This document shows positions 38,299 through 50,878 of a stretch of DNA of 64,000 bases, piece by piece. A program made the position numbers and the translations under genes. Below the pieces are notes generated by a model, which was not told where the DNA came from, made no database searches, and saw nothing but the letters and a program-made list of their open reading frames with translations. The DNA is taken from NCBI GenBank assembly GCA_964016885.1, contig OZ024745.1:89776001-89840000 (forward strand), read 5' to 3'. Each line of letters starts with the position of its first letter. The first letter of the stretch is position 1. The stretch comes from Eledone cirrhosa (lineage: Eukaryota).

Positions 38299-38733
38299 CG
38301 TGTGTGTGTGTGTGTAATGGAACCTTAATCACTTTTAATCTGCTGTTGCTGGAGACCCGAGTTGAAGCAAGTGAATGTGCGAAATGATAATTCACGGCAT
38401 AACAAGCTGAGTATTCTACTAATTAGGTTATCCCTAATTTATTTCTCAAATCAAATAAGCTAGACTTATGCGAAACGGATAGTATATTAAATTATCAGTA
38501 CAATCCATCCAAGGGGTTTGGTTGTCATATAGCGTTCGTCTTGGTGAACCTGAATGTTAAAGACAAAGTTTCCCAAGATGGAACGCAGTGGGCCCTCATG
38601 ATTATGAATACAGACATAGATAAGTAGTTAAGAACATCACTTCGAAATCATACACACACACACACACACACATATTTAATATATATACATATATGTGTGT
38701 GTCTGTGTGTGTGTGTGTGAGTGTGTGCATGTG

Positions 38734-38802
38734 TGGCGTGATGTAATGGTTACACATTGGTCCGGCAAACCGAAGATGTGGGTTTGTGTCCCATGTAAGT
38801 CA
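38734..38802 (+). pseudogene. Degenerate tRNA-like sequence (pseudo-tRNA or SINE head)
   Basis: TGGCGTGATGTAATGGTTACACATTGGTCCGGCAAACCGAAGATGTGGGTTTGTGTCCCATGTAAGTCA. D-arm, anticodon-arm and T-arm remnants are visible, but the acceptor stem is mismatched. Confidence 0.5.
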
Positions 38803-38991
38803 ATACTCATCCTTTTTTTCATTCAGAGGGTTTTTTTAAATCACATCTGAAGACTAATTCTATTTAGTCAAATACGCTGTAAGCACATATTACTACCTAT
38901 TTTCCAAATTCGCTAGCCATTTCTAAACAAAGCCTGCTTTGTGTCTCCCTATCTATCTATCTATCTATATATGTATATATATATTTATATA

Positions 38992-39039
<48 letters not shown>

Positions 39040-39104
39040 CTCCCTTCTCCTTTTAATCCTATTACTTTCTCTTATTTCTCTGATTTCTGTGCTACTGTCA
39101 TTAC

Positions 39105-41156
39105 TTGTCATTACTTGTTTTCTGTGTCTGTGTGTTTGTTAAGATTGTAGTGGTGGTGAGAGGCATTGAATGTGTGTGTGTTGTGGTGATGTGGACAAAT
39201 ATAATGCAGCCCAACAAAAGGACTGCCAACAACTTCCAGGCCTGGAACAATGACGTGCCGGCGTTGTATGGGCTTCGACAAGACCATAAAACGGGCTGGG
39301 ACCCTGTCGCGGGACCACCAACACGGCCAGTCTGTGGGGCTAACATTGCTAGTAACTACAGACTGTCCTACTTCCTCTCCCTGATCATACGCCCCATCAT
39401 TGAGATGTCCCCAGATGTGTGTGACAGCACGGAGGACCTCCTCAGCAGAATCGGCGCGGGTAACCGATCTGGGGACCTAACAAACTGCATAATAGGCAGT
39501 ATGGATGTTGTGTCCCTGTATCCATCTATTGACGTGGATTTTGCTGTGGAGAAATGCGTCGAAATGATCAGCGAGAGCAAGGTTGAGTTCCGTGGGATTG
39601 ATACCAGTGAGCTGGGACTTCTACTTAAGCTTACCCATAGTAATAGTTACCTAGACACTTATGACCTTAGCAACCTGTGCCCTACAAGACCAGCAAGAGG
39701 CAGACCACCTACCATTACCTCAATGGCCAAGAAAACCCACACAGATAGATGGAACGGGTGGACCAGAGCCATACGGACACCCGAAAACCACGATGAACTG
39801 AAGAAAATGATTGCACATGCGGTAGGGGCCAGCATAAAATTAACCCTTAAGGAACATATGTTCAAATTTAATGGTAAAACATATGCCCAAGAGGAAGGAG
39901 CAGCCATTGGTGTTAGCATTGCAGGCGACATAGCTAACTTGTTCATGGTATGGTGGGACAGTAGACTTAAACAAAAACTTAATGAACAATTAGAAGACAG
40001 CTTAACCCTGATAATGTACTCCCGCTACGTAGATGATATAAACATCGTAGTTAAGACACCCCCACTAAAGAACAGTCAGGAACCAGAGAAAAACACAATG
40101 GAAAGCATCCAGCAAATAGCAAACTCCATCCACCAGAGCATTAGAGTTACTATAGACTACCCAAGTAGACACCCCAACCATCGATTACCTGTACTAGACA
40201 CAGAGCTCTGGTTAGATACTATTAACAACCAAAAACAAATCCTCCATTCCCATTATGCCAAACCCATGACTTCCAAACATCTGATCCACCGAAACTCGGC
40301 CATTTCGGACCATACCAAAATCAACATACTGATTGCGGATTTGGTACGGGTGATGAGAAATGTGTCCCGCATGTGCAACCCCGAAGAACTAGAGAGACAC
40401 ATACAACACTTCATCCACCGTATGCAGTTCTCTGGCTACAATCAGAGAGATAGAATCAGAGTGTATAAAGGAGCCAGAACCAAATGGGAAAAAATGGTAA
40501 ATAATGACATAAATGGGACCTGCCCCTTGTATAGGAGCAAATTTTGGAATAGAATAGAAAGAACTAAGAACAAGGCCAATAGAATAAACTCATGGTATGA
40601 TAGCAATAAATACCAGAGTGTAATGTTCATCAATACAACCCCTAGAGGCGAACTAGCCTACAAATTTAGAAGGGCCCTAAAGAAACATAATCTCAATATT
40701 AAGATAGTAGAAAGACCTGGTACCTCCGTAAAAACACTTATTAGCAAGACATACCCGTTCCAAAGACCCTCATGTATAGATAAGAAATGTATAACCTGTA
40801 AAATAAGCCCCCATATTAACTGTAAAACTAGAAATGTAGTATATAGCATAAGATGTACTGAAGGACAATGTAGAAACAAAAATATAGTGTACATAGGTGA
40901 GACAGCTCGTAGTATAGGGGAACGAATAAATGAACACTGGCGAGACCTCCAAGATAGTAAAGAATCATCTGTGCTCTACCAACATGCTAAGATAGAACAC
41001 AGGGGTAAATTAGAGAGCATAGAAATAAAAATAGAATCCACACACAAGAAAGACGCAATGTTTAGGCAAATTACAGAGGCAGTAAGCATAAATGAATTAA
41101 AACCAAAATTAAATAGAAAATATGAGTGGAACAGCAACATCACAACTTACAATTAA
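39105..41156 (+). CDS. PLE reverse transcriptase / GIY-YIG endonuclease ORF (N-terminus missing; first ~30 aa probably read-through)
   Basis: PALYGLRQDHK, TRPVC, SMDVVSLYPSI (motif A), QEEGAAIG (B'), SRYVDD (C), LPVLD. Linker CIDKKCITC..C. Endonuclease NVVYSIRC..C..YIGETAR..ERINEH..H..H..RQITEAV..LNRK.E. Confidence 0.92.
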   Translation: MSLLVFCVCVFVKIVVVVRGIECVCVVVMWTNIMQPNKRTANNFQAWNNDVPALYGLRQDHKTGWDPVAGPPTRPVCGANIASNYRLSYFLSLIIRPIIEMSPDVCDSTEDLLSRIGAGNRSGDLTNCIIGSMDVVSLYPSIDVDFAVEKCVEMISESKVEFRGIDTSELGLLLKLTHSNSYLDTYDLSNLCPTRPARGRPPTITSMAKKTHTDRWNGWTRAIRTPENHDELKKMIAHAVGASIKLTLKEHMFKFNGKTYAQEEGAAIGVSIAGDIANLFMVWWDSRLKQKLNEQLEDSLTLIMYSRYVDDINIVVKTPPLKNSQEPEKNTMESIQQIANSIHQSIRVTIDYPSRHPNHRLPVLDTELWLDTINNQKQILHSHYAKPMTSKHLIHRNSAISDHTKINILIADLVRVMRNVSRMCNPEELERHIQHFIHRMQFSGYNQRDRIRVYKGARTKWEKMVNNDINGTCPLYRSKFWNRIERTKNKANRINSWYDSNKYQSVMFINTTPRGELAYKFRRALKKHNLNIKIVERPGTSVKTLISKTYPFQRPSCIDKKCITCKISPHINCKTRNVVYSIRCTEGQCRNKNIVYIGETARSIGERINEHWRDLQDSKESSVLYQHAKIEHRGKLESIEIKIESTHKKDAMFRQITEAVSINELKPKLNRKYEWNSNITTYN

Positions 41157-41710
41157 GGACAAAATGAAAACACACACACACATAGAACAAACAACTTACA
41201 ATTGAAAACACACACAAAATGAAAACACAAACAAGACAAAATGAAAACACACACACACATAGAACAAACAACGAACCAACAATAAATAAATAAATAAACA
41301 AACAAATATAAATAGAAAAATAGAAAAATGAACACAAACACACACAGACACCCGGATGTGGCGCATGCGCAAACTGAGCACGCAACCCACACACAAACAA
41401 AATGGCGTAGGATAGAAGAAAGGAAAGGCACAGAAACGAAGAAAGAAATCCCCAGTCACTGAAGAGGTCACAGAGTGTGTGACGAAAGAACTATGACTAT
41501 ATATATATAAACAACTATCTGGTGGTGGAACCAACCAACCAACCAGAAATTTATAAATTTGTAAATTTATAAATATATATTAAATTAAATTGAAGTGAAA
41601 CAACTGGTGCGTGTGTTTCTTATTGGCAACATGACCCTCCCAAAGTATAACAATATCGGTTTCAACACACGATTTCAGATAAAGAATCTTGCTAAACAAA
41701 TTCAGAAACG

Positions 41711-41715
<5 letters not shown>
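39190..41715 (+). mobile_element. Penelope-like element copy 2 (RT plus GIY-YIG, 5'-truncated; Nematis/Neptune-like Cys-rich linker)
   Basis: Uninterrupted ORF, 3' UTR with hammerhead, and a terminal module ending TTCAGAAACGAAATA followed by (TA)n. Confidence 0.93.
41454..41498 (+). ncRNA. Minimal type-I hammerhead ribozyme in PLE 3' UTR
   Basis: AGTCA CTGAAGA G GTCACA gagtg TGTGAC GAAA G AA C TA TGACT. Confidence 0.8.
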
Positions 41716-41761
<46 letters not shown>

Positions 41762-42759
41762 TGAAAAAGAACAAAGGAACTATTATGACATTATAACAAG
41801 TTTATTGCCGACAGCCGTTTCGTCCGACCCTCAAGGCATATAACATGTGATTGCAAGATCATTGTTTACATCAACGTATCACTCAAGGCTAGCAGTTTGA
41901 AATTGTTGTATACATCAGCAACTCCGCTTTAAGGGGGGCTCTTTTATATTAGTTGTCGGGGTCAGGGATTGAAGTTTAAAAATTAGACAAAAATATATAA
42001 TTTACGCATCAACATTAAACCAAAAGACTTGGGGTCCCGTAGAAGCACCTTAGAAAATCCCTCAATGAGTGCATAAAGCTTACAGGCTCCAATAAACCTA
42101 TTAGTCTAGAAGAAAAGTAAGAGGCTAATAAAATAAGAAAATAAAAATATAAAGTTTCCCTAAAAAATATATAAAGTTCCCATGAAATTTCTTCTAGAGA
42201 AAAACATTTTTTCAGAAAGAAAAAAACCTTCTTCCCCCGAGATCACGTTTACAAAATTCAGAAAACTGAATTGAAAACTAGGTTGAAAGAAACTAATCAA
42301 TTAGAGGTCAATTCAGAGAGCCTTCCATAAATCTCTCAGAAAAGGCCCCTTTAATATTTCCAATAGGAACTTCCTCCGAGAGACCCTTCGAAGAATTAAA
42401 ATTTTAGAGAGCCTTTAAGGATAAATATAAAAACGAATTGAGGAAAATTATACATTAAAAGTTAAAAATTAAAAATTACGGTATTTGGGATATCTGAGGA
42501 ACTTTCAAAGGGTTGCTTCAACAGATACAACTTAGGCATAATAGATACAATAATCTAAGCAACTTAAGTAATTTAATTAGGGAGCAATTCAAGGAGTTTA
42601 TCAAGTTGGGCAAGATTAAAGAAAGTGGTAACTAAGAAAATACATAAGCAAAAAGACAATAATTATAAAATGTATCTTTAAGAAGGTACAAGGTAGCTTC
42701 AGTGATCTAACCCTGTATTATCACAAAAAAACATTCTAAAATTATTGATACAGGATTAA

Positions 42760-42910
42760 AAATTATTACAAAATTATTACAAAATTACCACAAAATCATT
42801 ACAAAATTATCAAATCATCACAAAATTACCACAAAATCATTACAAAATTATCAAATTATCATAAAATTATCGCAAAATTATTACAAAATTATCATAAAAT
42901 TATTACAAAA
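42760..42910. repeat. AT-rich minisatellite of ~11-12 bp units (ATTACAAAATT-like)
   Basis: Repeated AAAATTATTAC / AAAATTATCAT / AAAATTACCAC. Confidence 0.8.
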
Positions 42911-43482
42911 ATATGAATAGTACTGGTGACCGTGTGGGCGCGATATCCATTCTGCCTATGCAGTCCCCTGCACAGCTCCAGGCACGATATCCACTAGGCG
43001 TAAGCAGTCATCTGCATAGCTCCAGGCGCAGCTGGTCTTGTTTAAACGTTCATAGATCACCTGAGGTTCACTATTATCTGCGTGGACTCTCTGGGAGATG
43101 TACCTGTGGATCTAATAGCCAGTGGTTGCCGGATGTGGTCAGTTCAATCTTTTAGTTTCAGGGGTTGAACGCTTTCACGATAGACGAGCCTGCCGGTTCT
43201 AAGTCCAAGGTTTCGCCACGCATGATGTATTGGTCTACATGCTACATTGTTAAAAGACCAGTGTCGATTTGACTGGGGTGGTATATTACGAACTCCAAGT
43301 CCACACGCGACTGGTCAAAAGCAAAGGGCTGTCCTCTCTTTGTTTGCTGTATGGGTCGGTCTCAGCTTAGATGGTGGTCGTGTTATCCATATTCCGTCAG
43401 CTGTATATTCAAGACAGATCAGGGTATGTATTTGCGGGTATGGTCCTGCGTCTACGTTATCCAGAGGGTCTCGCTTGTGGTA

Positions 43483-43532
43483 TAATTCACTGGGGAACTG
43501 GAGTCATGTGACTCCAGTTCCCCAGTGAATTA
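43483..43532. repeat. Perfect 24-bp-arm hairpin
   Basis: TAATTCACTGGGGAACTGGAGTCA tg TGACTCCAGTTCCCCAGTGAATTA. Confidence 0.95.
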
Positions 43533-43622
43533 ACAACCTAACAAGGAACTGGGCATATCAGAGTATTGACAATACTATACACCTAAACAACATATGTACT
43601 TGTCTATACCATACTAATTCAA

Positions 43623-43677
43623 ACTGCCTGAAGAGCTCACAACCAAAGATGGCTGTCACTGAAATATATATAGCAGT
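43623..43677 (+). ncRNA. Hammerhead ribozyme with decayed stem II, followed by AATAAA
   Basis: ACTGC CTGAAGA [GCTCACAACCA aaga TGGCTGTCACT] GAAA TATATA TA GCAGT AATAAA. Confidence 0.65.
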
Positions 43678-43726
43678 AATAAACGAAGCTAATTTTAATC
43701 ATTTGACTTTTATTTAACTTTATTTT

Positions 43727-43781
<55 letters not shown>

Positions 43782-43864
43782 TATAGTATTAAGGATACTA
43801 TTTATGGTTATGTATATACTAAAACCTTTTATATATATTTTAAACCCTAAATAGTGAAAGACAG

Positions 43865-45712
43865 TAATTTATTACTACCTTATTACCAGTAAGATAAATA
43901 GCTCAATGTAATAACGTCAGTTGTTCTACAGAGCAGATATATAGAAATTACATGAATCAAAGTTCTGTTTAAACCATTTATTCGCTTACAATTGTTTCTT
44001 CCAAACCGAGGTTTGGATTCTTCGGAGCAATTTTTCAATGATTGTTTACATACATGACCTCCTTTTCAACAAAAGAGACATACAGAAACATATGTATATA
44101 TTGATGCACAGTGTGTTGACATCCATTATAATATTTTAGCATGGCAATTTACATTCAAAGATTAAAGTCATATTAAAAAAACAAAATTAAAGTTAAAATA
44201 CAACATTGGCAGTTTACGAAGATAAAGCAAGAGGATAGTTTGAAGTAGTTAGTGTATGCAATAGTTACACATGGGGCATGCACGTGTGTCTTATTTATAT
44301 AAGATTATAGTACGGGCAGGGTGTTATATGTAATACAAGCACTTTAAGCGGGCAATCAAGAGTATTATGGGGGTTGTATTGGTAAAGTATTTTTTTATAT
44401 GTATGATATAGAAGCTTGTGTGTAGAGAAATATAAAAAATATTAAAAATGAGAAGCAAAGCAATGTTATGGTTATCGTAAAAGTGCTATATAAACTATAC
44501 GCTGAGTGCAATGAATTATGTACAAGTGATGTATGAGTTATACATACATGTATGAGTTGATGGTCAGATTAGTGACATTGTAAGTGAGAATTGATCTCTG
44601 GTCTACCCTAGTGATATTTAACTTTGCCATGCAATCAGACATGCACTGACCCAGAGCTTACCAGGAGTTATATATAGAAGTGATTCTAATAAAACCCTGC
44701 CAGGTTCTGCGGGTAGACTACACTTACAAAGATCATTGATTTGGGGATCTGACTCTTCATGTAGAATATTCAGTTGTGGCACTCTATGATAGAAGGTAAT
44801 CATCCTAATATGAACACCTTTAGTACTTCTTGATAGAATACACTGTAATTTAAAGATAGGATACTTAAATTTAGAAACTGTTTATAACCTTATATGATAG
44901 GGACTCATTTGAGACACCATTTAATGTACATTAGGATAATAAATTTAGTTATAGAAATCAGCTAGATACCTCCCCTCACGCATTAACTCCCCTTAATCAC
45001 ACACATACTTCCTGAAAATAATACGATGTTAATTCTCGCAACAAAAACAACCTGCTCTATAAAATTGGATTAAAGATCAACAAGCTGTAATATTCTAACA
45101 TAATTCATCAAGCATCCAATATTGAATCATCGTAGATTATGTGAAGGACATATAATCTATATATTACGTTTCCTGGATTGTGAAAATGGTGGTGTATACG
45201 AAAAACATAACATTGTTTTGTTCTCATTTTTAATATTTTTTTATATTTCTCTACACTCAAGCTTCTATATCATACATATAAAAAAATACTTTACCAATAC
45301 AACCCCCATAATACTCTTGATTGCCCGCTTAAATTGCTTAACACACTGCCGCACTATATTCTTATATAAATAAGACACACGTGTATGCCCCACGTGTAAC
45401 TATTGCATACACTAACTACTTCAAACTATCCTCTTGCATTATCTTCGTAAACTGCCGATGTTGTATTTTAACTTTAATTTTGTTTTTTTAATATGACTTT
45501 AATCTTTGAATGTAAATTGCCATGCTAAAATATTATAATGGATGTCAACCCACTGTGCATCAATATATACATATGTTTCTGTATGTATCTTGTGTTGAAA
45601 AGGAGGTCATGTATGTAAACAATCATTGAAAAATTGCTCCGAAGAATCCAAACCTCGTTTTGGAAGAAAATAAATGTTTTAAACAGAACTTTGATTCGTG
45701 TAATTTCTATAA
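43865..45712. mobile_element. PLE relic with inverted pseudo-LTR (~530 bp arms)
   Basis: About 43940-44480 is the reverse complement of about 45197-45712. The spacer end reads, with frameshifts, YDVNSRNKNNLLYK...IIHQASN..HRRLCEGHII, resembling a GIY-YIG C-terminus. HHR-like motif in the arms. Confidence 0.7.
43984..44028 (-). ncRNA. Minimal hammerhead-like motif with CCGANGA core
   Basis: Minus strand: GCT CCGAAGA A TCCAAAC ctcg GTTTGGA A GAAA C AATT G TA AGC. A partial plus-strand mirror copy is at about 45636-45670. Confidence 0.65.
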
Positions 45713-48700
45713 TTTCTATACATATATATAAATATATGCGTGTGTGAGTGCATGCATGTACGTGTGTCTGTATAGTGGAATTATAATTAATTTGATTAAT
45801 GAAACCATCGTAATAAAATAGATGCCAATATTCTATGCTTGTGTGGTAAGGTAATAAGGGCCAGCAGTACTCCATGGTTATTTTCTTTTGTACCTCGAAA
45901 CTTTTCTCTCCGTGATTTCGCTATTGGAGGAAACGTTTATTGTGAAAGACAACAGAGCAAATAATTGGTTCTACTTTTGGCACAAGGAGCCCAACTAACC
46001 AGTAAATTATCGACCACGTAAGGATGAAAGGAAGAGTTAATTCGGATTTGATCTCAGACCCCGTCGAGGTTAACTTTGCCGTTAATAATAGCAAATAATA
46101 AGCATAAAATATGATATATACCAGCGAATATTAAGAACGTGACAAGTAGGAACATACGCAAGTAGGAAAATAGTTGTGTGATATATATTAATAGATGACA
46201 GTATTCCATAGTTGTGTGGTATATTAATAGATGACAGTATTCCATAGTTGTGTGGTATATTAATAGATGATAGTATTCCATAGTTGTGTGGTATATTAAT
46301 ATATGACAATATTCCATAATTGTATGGTATATTAAAAGATTAGTGTATTACATAGATGTGTGGTATATTAATAGTTGATAGTAATCCAGAGTTGTGTGGT
46401 ATATTAATAGATGGCAGTATTCCATGGTTGTGTGGTATATTAATAGATGGCAGTATTCCATATTCGTGTGGTATATTAATATATTACAGTATTCCATAGT
46501 TATGTGGTATATTAATAGATGACAGTATTCCATAATTGTGTGGTATATTAATAGATGACTGTATACCATAGTTGTATAGTATATTAATGGATGGCAGTAT
46601 TCTATAGTTGTGTGGTATATTAATAGATGACAGTATTCCATAGTTGTGTGGTATATTAATAGATGACAGTATTCCATAGTTGTGTAGTATATTGATAGAT
46701 GATAGTATTCCATAGTTGTGTGTTATATTAATAGATGGAAGTATTCCATAATTGTGTGGTATATTAATAGATGGCAGTATTCCATATTTGTGTGGTATAT
46801 TAATAGATTACAGTATTCCATAGTTGTGTGATATATTAATAGATGGCAGTATTCCATAGTTGTGTGGTATATTAATAGATTACTGTATTCCATAGATGTG
46901 TGGTATATTAATAGTTGATAGTAATCCATAGTTGTGTGGTATATTAATAGATGGCAGTATTCCATATTTGTGTGGTATATTAATAGATTACAGTATTCCA
47001 TAGTTGTGTGGTATATTAATAGTTTACAGTATTCCATAGTTGTGTGGTATATTAATAGATGGCAGTATTCCATAGTTGTGTAGTATATTAATAGATGGCA
47101 GTATTCCATAGTGGTGTGGTATATTAATAGATGACAGTATTCCATAGTTGTATTGTATATTAATAGATGGCAGTATTCCATAGTTGTGTGGTATATTAAT
47201 AGATGACAGTATTCCATAATTGTGTGGTATATTAATAGAGGACAGTGTTCCATAGTTGTGTGGTATATTAATAGATGACAGTATTCCATAGTTGTGTGGT
47301 ATATTAATAGTTGACAGTATTCCATAATTGTGTGGTATATTAATAGATGATAGTATTCCATAGTTGTATGGTATATTAATAGATAACTGTATTCCATAGT
47401 TGTGTGGTATATTAATAGATGGCAGTATACCATAGTTGTGTTATATTAATAGATGGCAGTATTCCATAGTTGTGTGTTATATTAATACATGGCAGTATTC
47501 CATAGTTGTGTGGTATATTAATAAATGGTAGTATTCCATACTTGTGTGGTTTATAAATAGTTGACAATATGCCATAGTTGTGTGGTATATTAATAGATGA
47601 CAGTATTCCATAGTTGTGTGGTATATAAATAGTTGACAATATTCCATAGTTTTGTGGTATATTAATAGATGACAGTATTTCCATAGTTGTGTTGTTTATT
47701 AATAGTTGACAATTTTCCATAATTGTATGGTATATTAATAGATGACTGTATTCCATATTTGTGTGGTATATTAATAGATGGCAGTACTACATAGTTGTGT
47801 GGTATATTAATAGATTAAAGTATTCCATAGTTGTGTGATATATTAATAGGTGGCAGTATTCCATAGTTGTGTGGTATATTAATAGATTATTGTATTTCAT
47901 AGATGTGTGGTATATTAATAGTGGATAGTAATCCATAGTTGTGTGGTATATTAATAGATTGCAGTACTCCATAATTGTGTGGTATATTAATAGATTACAG
48001 TATTCCCTAGTTGTGTGGTATATTAATAGTTTACAGTATTCCATAGTTGTGTGGTATATTAATAGATGACAGTATTCCATATTTGTATGGTATATTAATA
48101 GATGTAAGTATTCCATAGGTGTGTGGTATATTAATAGATGACAGTATTCCATAGTTGTGTGGTATAGTAATAGATGACAGTATTCCATAGTTATGTAGTA
48201 TATTAATAGTTGACAGTATTCCATAATTGTGTGGTATATTAATAGAGGACAATATTCCATAGTTGTGTGGTATATTAATAGATGACAATATTCCATAGGT
48301 GTGTGGTATATTAATAGTTGAGAGTATTCCATAATTGTGTCGTATATTAATAGATGATAGTATTCCATAGTTGTATGGTATATTAATAGATGGCAGTATA
48401 CCATAGTTGTGTGTTATATTGATAGATGGCAGTGTTCCATAGTTGTGTGTTATATTAATACATGGCAGTATTCCACGGTTGTGTGGTATATTAATAGATG
48501 GCAGTATTCCATAGTTGTGTGGTATATTAATAGATGACGGTATTCCACAGTTGTGTAGTATATTAATAGATGAGAGTATTCCATAGTTGTGTGGTATATT
48601 AATAGATGATAGTATTCCATAGTTGTGTGGTATATCAATAGATGATAGTATTCCATAGTTGTATGGTATATTAATAGATAACTGTATTCCATAGTTGTGT

Positions 48701-49554
48701 GGTATATTAATAGATGGCAGTATTCCATAGTTGTGTGTTATATTAAAAGATGGCAGTATTCCATAGTTATGTGTTATATTAATACATGGCTGTATTCCAT
48801 AGTTGTGTGGTATATTAATAGATGGCAGTATTACATAGTTGTGTGGTATATTAATAGATGACGGTATTCCATATTTGTGAGGTACATTAATAGAGGACAA
48901 TATTCCATAGTTGTGTGTTATATTAATAGATGGCAGTATTCCATAGTTGTGTGGTATATTAATAGATGACATTATTCCATAGTTGTGTGGTATATTAATA
49001 GATGACAGTATTCCATAGCTGTGTTGTATATTATAGATGACAGTATTCCATACTTATGTGGTATATTAATAGATGATAGTAATCCATAGTCGTGTGGTAT
49101 ATTAATAGATGACAGTATTCCATAGCTGTGTGGTTTATTAATAGATGATAGTAATCCATAGTTGTGTGGTATATTAGTAGATGATAGTATTCCATAGTTG
49201 CATGGTATATTAATATATAACTGTATTCCATAGTTGTGTGGTATATTAATAGATGACAGTATTCCATAGTTGTATAGTACATTAATAAGTGACAGTATTC
49301 CATAGTTGTATGCTATATTAATAGATGACAGTATTCCATAGCTGTGTGCTATATTAGTAGATGACTGTATTCCATATTTGTGTGGTATATTAATAGATGA
49401 CAGTGTTCCATACTTGTATGGTATATTAATAGATGACAGTATTCCATAGTTGTATAGTACATTAATAGATAGCAGTATATCCTATTTGTGTTTTATATTA
49501 ATAGATGACAGTATTCCATAGTTGTGTAGTATTTTAATAGATGACAATATTCCA

Positions 49555-49786
49555 TATTGTTATACTTTGGCAGGTTCATGTTGCCAATAAGAAACACACG
49601 CACCAGTTGTTTCACTTTAATTTATTATGAATTTAATTTATAAATTTAACTTATAATAAATTAAAGTGAAAGCTTCTGGTGCGTGTGTTTCATATTGGCA
49701 ACATGACGCTCCCAAATCATAACAATATCAGTTTCAACGCACGTTTTCAGATAGAAATCTTGCTAAACAAATTCAGAAACGAAATA
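49555..49786. repeat. Palindromic PLE-terminus module in the satellite (also at 55036-55269, 55599-55832, 57041-57275, 61525-61758, 62088-62321, 63530-63764)
   Basis: Inverted pair of AAAGTGAAAGCAACTGGTGCGTGTGTTTCTTATTGGCAACATGACCCTCCCAAAGTATAACAATA, the sequence ending both PLE copies. The right arm is extended by about 60 bp to TTCAGAAACGAAATA. Confidence 0.92.
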
Positions 49787-49893
49787 TTCCATAGTTGTGT
49801 TGTATATTAATAGTTGACAGTATTCCATATTTGTGTGGTATATTAATAGATGACAGTAATCCATATTTGTGTGGTATATTAATAGATGACTGT

Positions 49894-50878
49894 GCGCCTG
49901 GCACACTGAGTGTGCCCAGGCGCTCACCGCCCTCTGGCAGGCAGATCCGGTTATCAGTGGAGACTCCACCGCAACATTCTATAGAGGGCTGGTACGCAGC
50001 AGGTGCGACGACGCCCTCGGAGAAGCCCTAGACATGTAGGAGGACGAACTGGCCAGCATGTTCGGTAGGACATTCAGCCCGGGACCTATGGACAACTTCC
50101 AGAAGTCCCTGGCCTGGCAGTGCTACCGAGGGGCTTTACCCGTTCGATAAAGGCTCTACAGACATGGGCGCCCGGGTAGGGACCCCGCCAAAAAGATCTG
50201 TCCCAGATGCGTGTGCGACGAGGAAACCTTTGCACACGCATTGGTACACTGCTCGGGCGTAGCCGATCTGTGGGGCTATGTCGAACAACTGCTGTCAAGG
50301 GTGGGACAGATCCGGTTGACCACCGAGTCTATTGTAATGATCAAGCCGCCTCCCCCCTTCAAAGATGAAGCAGAGGCGGTGTTTCTGTGCGTAATAGCCA
50401 TGGCGAAAGAGGTTGTATGGTGGACGCGTCTGAAAGGACTGAGGTCAGGCACCTTTCTCTCTTGCCAACAACTGGTCCGTTTCTTCCGATATAATTTCGG
50501 AAGAAGGATCAGGATGGAGAGAGAGGTGCTCCACCCAGTCGTTTTTATGAAAGGTGGGTGAAAGTGGCGAGAATGGCCCGTGTGATTGGGCCTTCACTTT
50601 ACATAAGCCTGTAGGTGGAAAAGAGGAAGGAACGAGGGAGCACCCCCTCTCTGTGCTCCAGAGGAAAAGGGTTGCACACTTTTTTCGGGGGTGTGTGCGA
50701 CTCCCCAAGGCGCCTCCTCTCTATTGAGGATTTTGTTATAAATTTTATTTTTTGTTATATTTTATTTTATTTTTATATTTTGGTATTGCCTCCTCCTCAT
50801 TGAGGACGCCTTTTTGTGTAAACTCCCCCCTTTGTACTTGTCTCACTTTTGATGCCCTGGTGGCAAATAAAAGAAACA
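49894..50878 (+). mobile_element. 5'-truncated copy of the L1/Tx1 element inserted in the satellite
   Basis: Reverse complement of about 16961-17948, with a stop codon and a frameshift. Flanked by the direct repeat TATATTAATAGATGACTGT (49875-49893 and 50879-50897), a likely 19-bp TSD. Confidence 0.93.

Noticed and set aside
38734-38802. Functional tRNA gene
   Set aside because: The acceptor stem and T-loop are degenerate. Kept only as a pseudo-tRNA or SINE head.
42913-43480. GIY-YIG coding relic on the minus strand
   Set aside because: Only vague motif hints across frameshifts; not supportable without a translated search.
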